Positions 19,953 through 28,717 of a stretch of 64,000 bases of DNA are shown piece by piece. The stretch lies in IMG/VR virus record IMGVR_UViG_3300029362_000002; one strand, written 5' to 3'. Below the pieces are notes generated by a model. That model was not told where the DNA came from. It saw nothing but the letters and a program-made list of their open reading frames with translations, and did not search any database. Positions within the stretch are counted from its first letter, which is position 1, and every line of letters starts with the position of its first letter. This DNA is from a virus. Made by a program: the position numbers and the translations under genes.

Positions 19953-19977
19953 AGGCATCCTTGGCGGGTGCCTTTTT
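19953..19977 (+). terminator. Intrinsic terminator-like hairpin upstream of the scaffold gene
   Basis: aggcatcc-ttggc-gggtgcct followed by tttt. Confidence 0.45.
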
Positions 19978-20009
19978 GCATTATAAATCCAGAAGAAAGG
20001 AGGAACAGC

Positions 20010-21311
20010 ATGGCAACAAAGTTAAAAAACCTCAAAGTTAAGAAAGTTGACTTTGTGGACGAGGGAGCCAATCCGGATGCACATATTGAGCTGTTCAAAC
20101 GCAAAGATGGAAAACCGGAGGAAGATCCTAAGAAACCAAAAGAAGACGATGAAGAGGAAGAGAAGCAAAATGAAGGTGGCGTAATGAAACGCCTTTTATC
20201 AGCTATCGCAAAGATGGTCGGAATAAATCCGGGCGAGCTGAACAGTGCGATAGAAGAGATCGAGAAAGGTAATTCAGAGTCCTTCAAGGAAAAGATGGCA
20301 CAACGAAAGGCTCAGAAAATCGCAGATGAAATATGGGACTTTTGTTATGCACTGCAGTCTTCCTTATGCTCTGTTTTATGGGATGAAGACCTGGACGGAG
20401 CAGGAGCCACAGCAGCTATGATTGAGAACCTGGACGAATTCTATTCCGTAGTGAAAGATGCAATCAGCCAGTGGTCCGATGGCAAGGTATCAAATATAGC
20501 AAAGAACGATCAGAAAATTTCCGAAGAGGAACTGGCAGTTATGAAATCTGCGCAGGTAAGGCTGAACGAGGCAATTCAGAAAGCTTCCGAGAAAAAAGAA
20601 GACGGACCAGAAGACGATGAACCGAAAGGAGACGGAGAAGAAATGAAAATTGACAAGAGCAAACTGACAGAATCTGAGAGAGCGTTTCTTGAAAGCATTG
20701 AAAAACGCTACGGCACAGAGGAAGGGGCTGGCAAACCGGAAACACCACCAGTAGGAACTGCAGCGCAGGGGACTTCTCAGTCCTCAGAAGAGGCAGTAGC
20801 AAAAGCCCTTCAGACCCTTGGACTTACAGGTGCTGCGAATACCGGAGACGCTGGAACTGCTGATACCGGAGATGATATTTTTAAGGGCTTAAACCCTGGC
20901 TTAAATGCACAGGTTGAAGCACTTATGAAATTTAAGGCTGATGCAGAAGAAAAGGAAATGAAAGAGATTTGCAAACAGTATGCAATTCTCGGAAAGACAG
21001 AGGAAGAACTTCTGCCGGTACTCAAGAGTACAAAAGCAGTAAGCAAGGAAGCATACGATCAGGTAATCAAAACTCTGAACGATGCGAAAGCTGCTGTTGA
21101 AAATTCTGGCACATTTTCTGAAATCGGAAAATCCGGACACGCTGGTGCTTCAAAGGGACCAGATGCGAACTCTGCTGAAGGGAAAATTGACAGCATCGCA
21201 AAGAGCTATATTGAGAAAAATCCAACAATGAGCTATGTGGACGCATTAGCAAAGGCGTGGGAAGACAATCCGCAGCTGGTGCTTCAGTACGAAGAGGAAG
21301 CAGGAATTTAA
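20010..21311 (+). CDS. Scaffolding protein
   Basis: ATG at 20010 follows AGGAGG. Helical, D/E/K-rich, Ala-rich 433-aa protein just upstream of the capsid genes. Confidence 0.6.
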   Translation: MATKLKNLKVKKVDFVDEGANPDAHIELFKRKDGKPEEDPKKPKEDDEEEEKQNEGGVMKRLLSAIAKMVGINPGELNSAIEEIEKGNSESFKEKMAQRKAQKIADEIWDFCYALQSSLCSVLWDEDLDGAGATAAMIENLDEFYSVVKDAISQWSDGKVSNIAKNDQKISEEELAVMKSAQVRLNEAIQKASEKKEDGPEDDEPKGDGEEMKIDKSKLTESERAFLESIEKRYGTEEGAGKPETPPVGTAAQGTSQSSEEAVAKALQTLGLTGAANTGDAGTADTGDDIFKGLNPGLNAQVEALMKFKADAEEKEMKEICKQYAILGKTEEELLPVLKSTKAVSKEAYDQVIKTLNDAKAAVENSGTFSEIGKSGHAGASKGPDANSAEGKIDSIAKSYIEKNPTMSYVDALAKAWEDNPQLVLQYEEEAGI

Positions 21312-21328
21312 GAAGGAGGTAAAAAACA

Positions 21329-21754
21329 ATGGGTAAGAACTACAACGGAACACAGATCAGTCAGAGCGTAACAGTTTCCGAGGTGGCCGGAGCTACCGTT
21401 GAAGACTGCAGAAATAAGATTTTTGTGTATGACGAAAACGGAAAAGCAATCCTGGCTACTGGAGGAACAAAGCCGTTCATCGGTGTGGCTCTGATCGAAG
21501 CAGGTATCAATGATATGTTCGGAGAAGTATCTGGAAAGGTGGAGGCAGGAGACGACATCGACATTCAGATTAAAGACATCGGATCAGTGATTGCAGGAGA
21601 GGCCATTTCCAAAGGAGATGAAATCACAGCCGGAGCAGATGGAACTGCAGCAAAGGCAAAGGCCGGGGACTATGTTCTTGGTATTGCACTTAGCAAAGTT
21701 GCCAAAGACGGATATGCCAGAGTGCAGATTAGCAAATATCAGAAAAATGCGTAA
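21329..21754 (+). CDS. DUF2190-like head decoration/cement protein
   Basis: 141 aa, Gly/Ala-rich beta pattern (GDYVLGIALSKVAKDGYARVQI), directly before the major capsid gene. Confidence 0.5.
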   Translation: MGKNYNGTQISQSVTVSEVAGATVEDCRNKIFVYDENGKAILATGGTKPFIGVALIEAGINDMFGEVSGKVEAGDDIDIQIKDIGSVIAGEAISKGDEITAGADGTAAKAKAGDYVLGIALSKVAKDGYARVQISKYQKNA

Positions 21755-21771
21755 GCAGGAGGTAAGAAAGA

Positions 21772-22803
21772 ATGGGTAGAAAAGTAACAGCAGCCGATAT
21801 TCAGGTGGAAATTGCAAAAGGAGCCTTTAGACCGCACACAGCACTGTCTAATATGGCTCTTTCTTATTTCCAGAGTGACAAAAATTATTTTGCCAGAACA
21901 ATCTTCCCGATGTGCCCGGTAAGTCTGTCAGCTGACAATTACTATATTTTCAGCAAGGAAGATTTACTGAGAGACAGCTGGAAGAGAAAACCGGCATATG
22001 GAAAGGTTGAGCCAGCAGTTCTCGGTGAGAACGGACAGACTTACGCCTGCCAGGTAGATCAGATGATCGTAGGCATCGACCAGATTCGTCAGACAGACCT
22101 CATCAGAAGACAGGGCCCGTCTATCAGAGATCCGAGACAGCAGAGAACCAGAATGATCGCAACCCAGGCAAACATCCACCAGGATGTGCTGTTTGCAAAG
22201 AATTTCTTTAAAGCTGGCGTGTGGGAAAACGAGTTTGCTGGTGTAGACAGCACATCCGTAACAGGAAAGCAGTTTATCAAGTTCACAAATGGCAACTCCG
22301 ACCCAATTTCCTTTATCGAGGAAAGAGCAACTGAGATGGAAGAATTTACAGGACGCAGACCGAACCGTATGGCTCTCGGCGTGAATGTTTACAATGCACT
22401 GAAAAAACATCCGGCAATTCTGGAAAGAGTAAAATACAGCGGATCAACAGCTAATCCGGCCATGGTCAATGCAAATGTTCTGTCTCAGCTGTTCGAGATG
22501 GAACGTCTTTCTGTGCAGCGTTCTATCATGAATAACGCAGCGCTTGGGGAAGAGGCAAAAATGCAGTATATCGGCGATCCGAACGCATTCCTGTTGGCAT
22601 ACGCTACAGATTCACCGGCAGTAGATGAGCCGAGTGCAGGATATATCTTTACTTGGGATATGTTAGGAAACGGAAATGTGCTTCCAATTCGTCAGTTTGA
22701 GGGCGAACAGGGAACTCACAGTGAGTTTATCGAAGGTCTCATGGCAACCGACATGAAAAAGACCGGAGATGATCTGGCAATGTTCTTCAAGGACGCTGTC
22801 TAA
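21772..22803 (+). CDS. Major capsid protein (protein E-like)
   Basis: 343 aa, position after scaffold/decoration genes, strong RBS. Confidence 0.7.
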   Translation: MGRKVTAADIQVEIAKGAFRPHTALSNMALSYFQSDKNYFARTIFPMCPVSLSADNYYIFSKEDLLRDSWKRKPAYGKVEPAVLGENGQTYACQVDQMIVGIDQIRQTDLIRRQGPSIRDPRQQRTRMIATQANIHQDVLFAKNFFKAGVWENEFAGVDSTSVTGKQFIKFTNGNSDPISFIEERATEMEEFTGRRPNRMALGVNVYNALKKHPAILERVKYSGSTANPAMVNANVLSQLFEMERLSVQRSIMNNAALGEEAKMQYIGDPNAFLLAYATDSPAVDEPSAGYIFTWDMLGNGNVLPIRQFEGEQGTHSEFIEGLMATDMKKTGDDLAMFFKDAV

Positions 22804-22814
22804 GGAGGGCAATT

Positions 22815-23312
22815 ATGAAACTGATTGCAAAGAAACCTTGTAGCTTTGGTGGCAAGGATTTTTTTATCAATGACGAGATCCCGGTCAATGCCGTTCTGAA
22901 TCCAAAACAGCAGGAAGAACTTGGAGTGCTGTCTATTGTTTCTGATGGAGAAGCCGCAACAGGTATTCTGGAAACAGGCTTCCAGGAAACAGATATTGCA
23001 ATTCCGGTCTTCAAAAGCTATGACGGAGATACTGCACAGGTAATGGGAGTTCCGCTGAATATCGGGGAAATACAGGAAGTTTTCTCTATCATGCAGATGA
23101 ACGTAGAAGAGGCCACAAAGGCAATCGAAGCTGCAAAATCTGAAAATATGCTGATCGTCATTCATGCCTGTGATTCACGTGCTGGAGTAAAGAAAGCGGC
23201 TCAAAAGAAAGCAGGCAACTTATCCTCCACCAATGGGAGTACAAACGATCCTGCAGGCGGTAACGAGTTCGTAGACCATAGTACGCAAGACGAAACACCG
23301 TCTGAAAAATAA
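22815..23312 (+). CDS. Hypothetical head-associated protein
   Basis: 165-aa ORF after the capsid gene. Confidence 0.5.
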   Translation: MKLIAKKPCSFGGKDFFINDEIPVNAVLNPKQQEELGVLSIVSDGEAATGILETGFQETDIAIPVFKSYDGDTAQVMGVPLNIGEIQEVFSIMQMNVEEATKAIEAAKSENMLIVIHACDSRAGVKKAAQKKAGNLSSTNGSTNDPAGGNEFVDHSTQDETPSEK

Positions 23313-23329
23313 TTCGGAGGTGAACCCTT

Positions 23330-23749
23330 ATGGCAAAAGGCACATACACCTATGAACCAGGGAATATCACAACTGCAGGACTTGATCTGATGAGGTTTGA
23401 ACTGGGAGATACGATGGTAGAAGGTGGGGCAGATACCTGTGCATTGACAGACGAAGAAATTTCAGCGGCTCTGAAAAAATATCCGAAGAAGTGGAAAAGA
23501 GCAAAACTCATGTTGCTGGAAAGCATCTGCAGAAGGTTTGCGTTTGAAGTGGACACGAAAGAAGGTCCACTTTCTTTTTCACTGTCTGACCGGGCAAAAG
23601 TCTGGAAAGAAGATTACCTAAGTCTGAAAAAGGAAGTAAGCCTGGAATCAATGGCAGTTCCATCACCGCCGACCGGAAACAGCTATAAAGAACCGTATTT
23701 CTATACAGGTATGCTGCGGAATCCAAGAACAGGAAGGCTGGATGAATGA
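23330..23749 (+). CDS. Head-tail connector protein (gp6-like)
   Basis: Position and size; GLDLMRFELGDT..LTDEEISAAL pattern. Confidence 0.45.
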   Translation: MAKGTYTYEPGNITTAGLDLMRFELGDTMVEGGADTCALTDEEISAALKKYPKKWKRAKLMLLESICRRFAFEVDTKEGPLSFSLSDRAKVWKEDYLSLKKEVSLESMAVPSPPTGNSYKEPYFYTGMLRNPRTGRLDE

Positions 23750-24102
23750 TGAGAAGAGCAATGATGTATCTGCGGCCAGGAAATCTATATAAAGAGTTTG
23801 TGATCGAAGATAACAAAGCTGATATTGGTAAAACAGGGAGGGCCACAGCTTCGTTTTCTGGTGATGGAAGCCGGACGCTAAAGGGAGCACTTGCGGAAGC
23901 AACACCGAAGCAAAAGGTTGAGTGGCAACAGCTTCAGCATCCGATTTCCCACACGATCATACAGGATGGGCGGCCGAAGGCAAAGGCAGAAGACAAGCTG
24001 ATACTGGGAGAAAGAATATTCTTGATTCAGGGCATAGATGATCCGGGAAGTATCGGAGTCTGCACCATTTACTATGTCGAGGAAAGGATGGATGTGAAGT
24101 GA
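23746..24102 (+). CDS. Head closure/adaptor protein
   Basis: 118 aa, ATGA-coupled, in the connector block. Confidence 0.45.
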   Translation: MMRRAMMYLRPGNLYKEFVIEDNKADIGKTGRATASFSGDGSRTLKGALAEATPKQKVEWQQLQHPISHTIIQDGRPKAKAEDKLILGERIFLIQGIDDPGSIGVCTIYYVEERMDVK

Positions 24103-24542
24103 GGTTGTGGATAGATACGGCAGCACTTGGAACAGCAGGCCAAGCAGTACAGGCAAAGGTTGGCGAAATGAAAGCCAGAGTAAATCAACAGGTGTTGTCA
24201 AGAGGAACAAGAGCGATCAACCAGCTCAGAAACGCCGAATTGGAAGTCCTCAGAGGAAAAGGAAGCGGAAGAACTTACAGGAAATATCCATATAAGTCAA
24301 CCTACCAGGCATCCGCTCCTGGAGAACCTCCGGCAAGGCGTACAGGCAATTTAAGGTTGCATTGGACAGGAAATGTAAAAGGCGGTGGAGGCAATATCAC
24401 TCTGGAGCTTGAAAGTGCAGAGTTTTATGCCGGTTATTTGGAAAACGGTACAAGAAAGATGGCACGAAGACCATTCAAGGACCGGATCACACAGAAAGCA
24501 TTGCCACCGATTAAAGCAATCTTTAATGAACCATATTTGTAG
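24099..24542 (+). CDS. HK97 gp10-family tail-completion protein
   Basis: AEFYAGYLENGTRKMARRPF is the typical gp10-family C-terminal motif. Confidence 0.6.
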   Translation: MRLWIDTAALGTAGQAVQAKVGEMKARVNQQVLSRGTRAINQLRNAELEVLRGKGSGRTYRKYPYKSTYQASAPGEPPARRTGNLRLHWTGNVKGGGGNITLELESAEFYAGYLENGTRKMARRPFKDRITQKALPPIKAIFNEPYL

Positions 24543-24558
24543 GAGGTGATGCGCAGAA

Positions 24559-24858
24559 ATGAGTCTGATTATGGACAAACAGGAAAAAGTGTTTGATTGC
24601 AGCACAATTAAAAGGGGCGATCTGATAAGCGCACAGCATTCCTGTTGGAAAGAACCGAAATCTGGAATTGTATCTGCAGTTACGCCGGAGGAAATCAAGA
24701 TATTATATCAGCCGGCTATTGCGAATGTTACCAATTTTCTCACAATCCAGGCAGATGATGTTGTGACAGGCCAGTGGAAAATCCGCTGGTCTGAAAATTT
24801 GGAGAGCATTGAAGAATATGATCCGGAGAAAACGGAGGTAAAAGCGAGTGATTCTTGA
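24559..24858 (+). CDS. Hypothetical protein
   Basis: 99-aa ORF in the connector block. Confidence 0.5.
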   Translation: MSLIMDKQEKVFDCSTIKRGDLISAQHSCWKEPKSGIVSAVTPEEIKILYQPAIANVTNFLTIQADDVVTGQWKIRWSENLESIEEYDPEKTEVKASDS

Positions 24859-25741
24859 AGAGTTGATGCATGAACGATTTGCCACGTATTCGTTTTTTAA
24901 AGATCAAATGGCGGTATACGCTGGACTGCCTGCAGTTTTTTACCAGGGAGCACCGGACGATAGGCAAAAAGGTTGGGAAGGAGAACAGTACCCGAGAATC
25001 GTATATACGATTGATATGCAGGCAGATGAAGAGAGGAAAAGCGCAGGTGTTATGCAGGTAGATCTCTACTGCGATGAGAGAAAAACTCTTCCGGAAGATA
25101 TCGAGCCATACATCAGAAAGTGCCTGGTAAATCTCATCGTGAAGCCGGAAGGAAATTCACACTATGCGTTTGCTTGGGCGAGAACAGAAATGTTTTCCCT
25201 GGAACGGAGTGCGAGAGATAGAGGCGTTGACACAATGATAGTTGGAGCCTCTGTCCGGTTTGATATTCTGGAGTACAGCCGGCAGGAAACAGCGAATCCA
25301 GACCCAGTACAGGCATTGAGCAGATGGTTGAAGGACCTGGAAAAAGAAAGCCTGGTTATAGGAAAAGATCATATTGAAAAATTCTTTGAGCCGAGTGGAG
25401 AAAGCCCGGCTTTTTACGTTCGTGTGCAGTCGTACAAAACGAACAGAGCGACCTATGCGCTTACATGGGTGGATTGCAATTTGGCAATTCATATCATCGT
25501 GCCGGAGCCAGAAAACCGTAGCCTATGGGCGAGATACATTGCGGATAGACTGAATATGGCTGGGGAAGTAATCATGTTGGATGATAGCCCGATGCTAATA
25601 TTTGAGGTGTCCGTGGAAAACAACGCCGATTATTTGACAAGAGGACAGGTTATGGTGAAGGCACAATATTCTATTCCAAGGATCGGTGAGGTTGAACACC
25701 CACTGAGCAAGATTAAAGTAAGCCAGAAGGAGGAAAAGTGA
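24848..25741 (+). CDS. Hypothetical structural protein (possibly tail terminator/sheath-associated)
   Basis: 297-aa ORF with GTG start, immediately upstream of the sheath block. Confidence 0.45.
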   Translation: MILEELMHERFATYSFFKDQMAVYAGLPAVFYQGAPDDRQKGWEGEQYPRIVYTIDMQADEERKSAGVMQVDLYCDERKTLPEDIEPYIRKCLVNLIVKPEGNSHYAFAWARTEMFSLERSARDRGVDTMIVGASVRFDILEYSRQETANPDPVQALSRWLKDLEKESLVIGKDHIEKFFEPSGESPAFYVRVQSYKTNRATYALTWVDCNLAIHIIVPEPENRSLWARYIADRLNMAGEVIMLDDSPMLIFEVSVENNADYLTRGQVMVKAQYSIPRIGEVEHPLSKIKVSQKEEK

Positions 25742-26041
25742 ATGGCGACAAAAAAAGCCGTAGAAGCTGCGAATACAGCTGAAAACAACGAACCCTTAAA
25801 TTCCATTGCTGAGAAAGAAAAAAACGAAGCCAGACCCGGTAACGAATCCACAGCAGTATCAGAAGGGGAATCTATCTACACAATCAATGAGTTTGCAAAA
25901 GCAGCGGCAACAGCGTTTGAAAGGCCTTACAGTCCGGATATCGTTCGTGCCGCTTTTCTTTTGGCAGGAGCAAAAGAGGCAACTAAGAAGGAAGCCTCAG
26001 TTATTATCAAAAAATTCTTAGGCGAGGAGGTAAAAGAGTAA
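25742..26041 (+). CDS. Hypothetical protein
   Basis: 99-aa ORF coupled to the sheath gene. Confidence 0.5.
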   Translation: MATKKAVEAANTAENNEPLNSIAEKEKNEARPGNESTAVSEGESIYTINEFAKAAATAFERPYSPDIVRAAFLLAGAKEATKKEASVIIKKFLGEEVKE

Positions 26042-27456
26042 TGAGCGGATCTTTTAGAGCAGGAGAAGAAAAGGAACGTCCTGGCGTATACAGACGCCAT
26101 ACTAATGCTGGAGGGTCAGATGTTGCTGGTGCTGCGGAGAATGTGGGACTGGCAGTAGTAAGCGGAACATGGGGACCGCTGAACAAACCGGTTATTACCG
26201 AGGGCTCCGATGATGTAGTTTCAATTATTGGAGGTGGCAAGGGAGCAAACGTAATTACCCAGATGAGAATTGGTGGTGCAAACACCATTGTAGTAGTCAG
26301 AGTTGGCTCAGGTGGAACACAGGCATCAATTACCCTGAAGGATGATAAAGATGAAGATGTTGTTACTCTGACAACTTTATATCCGACCAGTAGAGCGTTT
26401 ACAGTAACCATCAAAGAATCCCTGGAGGATGATACACAGAAAATGGCAATCATCCAGGAGGGAACAAAGGATCTGGAAACAGTAACTTTTGCTGCAGGTT
26501 CTGCAGAGGTGGCTGGGATTATCGCTGCTTTCACAAATAGTGCATATGTAAAAGCGGTTAAAAAGGCAGACGGAAGCGGAAAACTGAAAACAATTTCTCA
26601 GTCAAAATTCACCGGAGGAACAGATCCTACAGTGACCACAGAAGCGTATGATGCAGGATTTGAGGCGAGTGAGGAAGAGACTTGGGATGGCGTTGCTGTT
26701 GATTCCGAGGAGCCGGCAGTACATATGCTTCTGTATACTTTCATCAACAGAAAGTTTGAGGAAGGAATGTATCCGTATGCCTGCGTTGGCGAGCCTAAGA
26801 GTGTTGCAATCGACACAAGAATCCAGCACGCCGCAGCTTTTAACGATTACAAAATGCACTATGTACTTAATAGCTGGGTTGGCACAGACGGAGTTGTGTA
26901 TGAGGGATACTTAGCGGCCGCAAGAATTATGGGAATGATTATTGCAGTTGCATCTAACTCTACCCTTACTCATGCCGTAATCACAGGCGCAGCAAGTCTG
27001 AATGAGTCACTGAAAAATGCAGTTATCAAGAAGGCCCTTAAAGCTGGTTGCCTGGTTCTTTCACTTAGCAAAAGCCGCCAGGTATGGATTGAGAAAGCAA
27101 TCAATACCCTTACCGTTTTGTCAGCAGATCAGGACAAAGGCTGGAAGAAAATTCGCCGTATGAAAACCAGATTTGAGCTGGAGGATCGTGTAGACGCTAC
27201 AATCGAAAATCTGGGAACTTCACTTGATAACGACGATGATGGACGAGCAACCGTAATCTCAGCAATTACTGATGTTATGGACGCAATGGTAGGAGAGAAA
27301 AAGATTTCACCTGGTGGAACCGTAGAACTGGATGCTTCAAACCCACCAAAGGGAGACAGCGCATGGTTCCATATTTCCCCGGACGATATCGACAGCATGG
27401 AGATCTTTTATCTGACCTATCGTTACAGATTTGCTCCAGAAGAAGAGGAAGAATAA
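26041..27456 (+). CDS. Tail sheath protein (XkdK-like)
   Basis: 471 aa, followed by a ~150-aa tube gene, chaperone and TMP: the PBSX-type contractile tail order. Confidence 0.75.
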   Translation: MSGSFRAGEEKERPGVYRRHTNAGGSDVAGAAENVGLAVVSGTWGPLNKPVITEGSDDVVSIIGGGKGANVITQMRIGGANTIVVVRVGSGGTQASITLKDDKDEDVVTLTTLYPTSRAFTVTIKESLEDDTQKMAIIQEGTKDLETVTFAAGSAEVAGIIAAFTNSAYVKAVKKADGSGKLKTISQSKFTGGTDPTVTTEAYDAGFEASEEETWDGVAVDSEEPAVHMLLYTFINRKFEEGMYPYACVGEPKSVAIDTRIQHAAAFNDYKMHYVLNSWVGTDGVVYEGYLAAARIMGMIIAVASNSTLTHAVITGAASLNESLKNAVIKKALKAGCLVLSLSKSRQVWIEKAINTLTVLSADQDKGWKKIRRMKTRFELEDRVDATIENLGTSLDNDDDGRATVISAITDVMDAMVGEKKISPGGTVELDASNPPKGDSAWFHISPDDIDSMEIFYLTYRYRFAPEEEEE

Positions 27457-27474
27457 GAAAGGAGATAAAACATT

Positions 27475-27936
27475 ATGGGTATTATCAATACACAGGCAGT
27501 AGCAGATGGAAGAAAAGTTCGCACCGGAAAAGATGGCGCATTGTATAACGGAAAAGGAAAACTTCTTGCTACTGTAGAAGTGTTTCAGGCACAAATGGGA
27601 GTCGCCAATCAGAAATATCATCCGCTGGGAACACCACTGGAACAGGAAATCCTGGATTCTATTGGCACAACTTTAACCTTTACCGAATGTGTGGTAGAAG
27701 ACGGGGAATTTATTACTGATCTCTTAAAAATGCAGAATACCGGCATTCAGCCGAACTGGAAGTTACAGGGCGTGGTAAAAGGAATTAATGGAAGCGAAGA
27801 ACGCCTTATCTACCCGAACTGCGTACCTTCTGGAAATATTGATTTACAGAATGTATCGGTCGGAAGCATTGTAAAACGTCAGTGGTCCCTGTTCGTGAAT
27901 GGCGCAGTAAAACAGCAGGGAAAATTAAAGGCCTGA
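27475..27936 (+). CDS. Tail tube protein (XkdM-like)
   Basis: 153 aa directly after the sheath gene, followed by a strong terminator. Confidence 0.7.
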   Translation: MGIINTQAVADGRKVRTGKDGALYNGKGKLLATVEVFQAQMGVANQKYHPLGTPLEQEILDSIGTTLTFTECVVEDGEFITDLLKMQNTGIQPNWKLQGVVKGINGSEERLIYPNCVPSGNIDLQNVSVGSIVKRQWSLFVNGAVKQQGKLKA

Positions 27937-27962
27937 GAAAAATTGAATAGAGAATAGCACAT

Positions 27963-28000
27963 AGGCCGCAGCGTTAAGTTTGCGGCCTTTATTTTGTTTT
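27963..28000 (+). terminator. Intrinsic terminator after sheath-tube genes
   Basis: aggccgca-gcgttaagtt-tgcggcct: perfect 8-bp stem, then tttattttgtttt. Confidence 0.7.
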
Positions 28001-28015
28001 AGGAGGAAAAATCAA

Positions 28016-28522
28016 ATGGCAAAGAATACAGAAAACGTAACAGAAGTTCAGATGTCACCGGAAGAGACAAAGGCAAATGTAAGAATGTATGAAGACGACA
28101 TTTTGGGAGGTCTGATGGCCGCAGCTGCTTACAAGACAGATATGGACGAGGTCGCAAAGATCCAGATCATCAGACACAAGGCGGTTGTCCTGGAGTTCAG
28201 AATCCGTCCGCTGTCCGAAGATGAATACGTCAAAATCAAAAAGAGAAATACCAACTACAAGAAAAATAAAGCGAACGGCCTGAGAATTGCAGAAAGTATA
28301 GACTCCGCAGATTACCGTTCTGAGCTGATTTATGAAGCAACTATCGAGGAGGATAGAACAAAGATCTGGGATAGAACAGATGCGTGGGAGAAATGCAATG
28401 TGGTTAATGGAATCGGCCTGATCGATGTCGTTCTGAAAGCAGGAGAGAAAGATGCAATTCTGGAAAAGCTGGATGAGATTTCTGGCTTCACACCGTCCAT
28501 GGAGGATGTAGCAAAAAACTGA
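28016..28522 (+). CDS. Tail assembly chaperone (XkdN/gpG-like), zero-frame product
   Basis: ATG at 28016 follows AGGAGG. Located between the tube and tape-measure genes. Ends with ..GCA AAA AAC TGA. Confidence 0.7.
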   Translation: MAKNTENVTEVQMSPEETKANVRMYEDDILGGLMAAAAYKTDMDEVAKIQIIRHKAVVLEFRIRPLSEDEYVKIKKRNTNYKKNKANGLRIAESIDSADYRSELIYEATIEEDRTKIWDRTDAWEKCNVVNGIGLIDVVLKAGEKDAILEKLDEISGFTPSMEDVAKN

Positions 28523-28716
28523 TAACTGCCGGCGGCAAGACAACCCTGCTTCATATCATCTTCCAAAGGCATCATATTCCGTTTGACGAGGTATTGAGCA
28601 AGCCAAAATGGGCGCAAGTTTTAATGCTGGAGTCAATGCAGATTCAACTGAAGGAAGAAGAGAAGCAAAGGAAAAAGAAGCAAGGAATCATAGAAGACGA
28701 GGAAGGAGGTGAATGA
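28016..28716 (+). CDS. Tail assembly chaperone, -1 frameshift-extended product (gpGT-like)
   Basis: Slippery heptamer A AAA AAC at 28513-28519. The -1 frame is open for 65 codons (LITAGGKTTLLHIIFQRHHIPFDEVLSKPKWAQVLMLESMQIQLKEEEKQRKKKQGIIEDEEGGE) and stops at 28714-28716, at the TMP start. Confidence 0.6.
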
Positions 28717-28717
28717 T

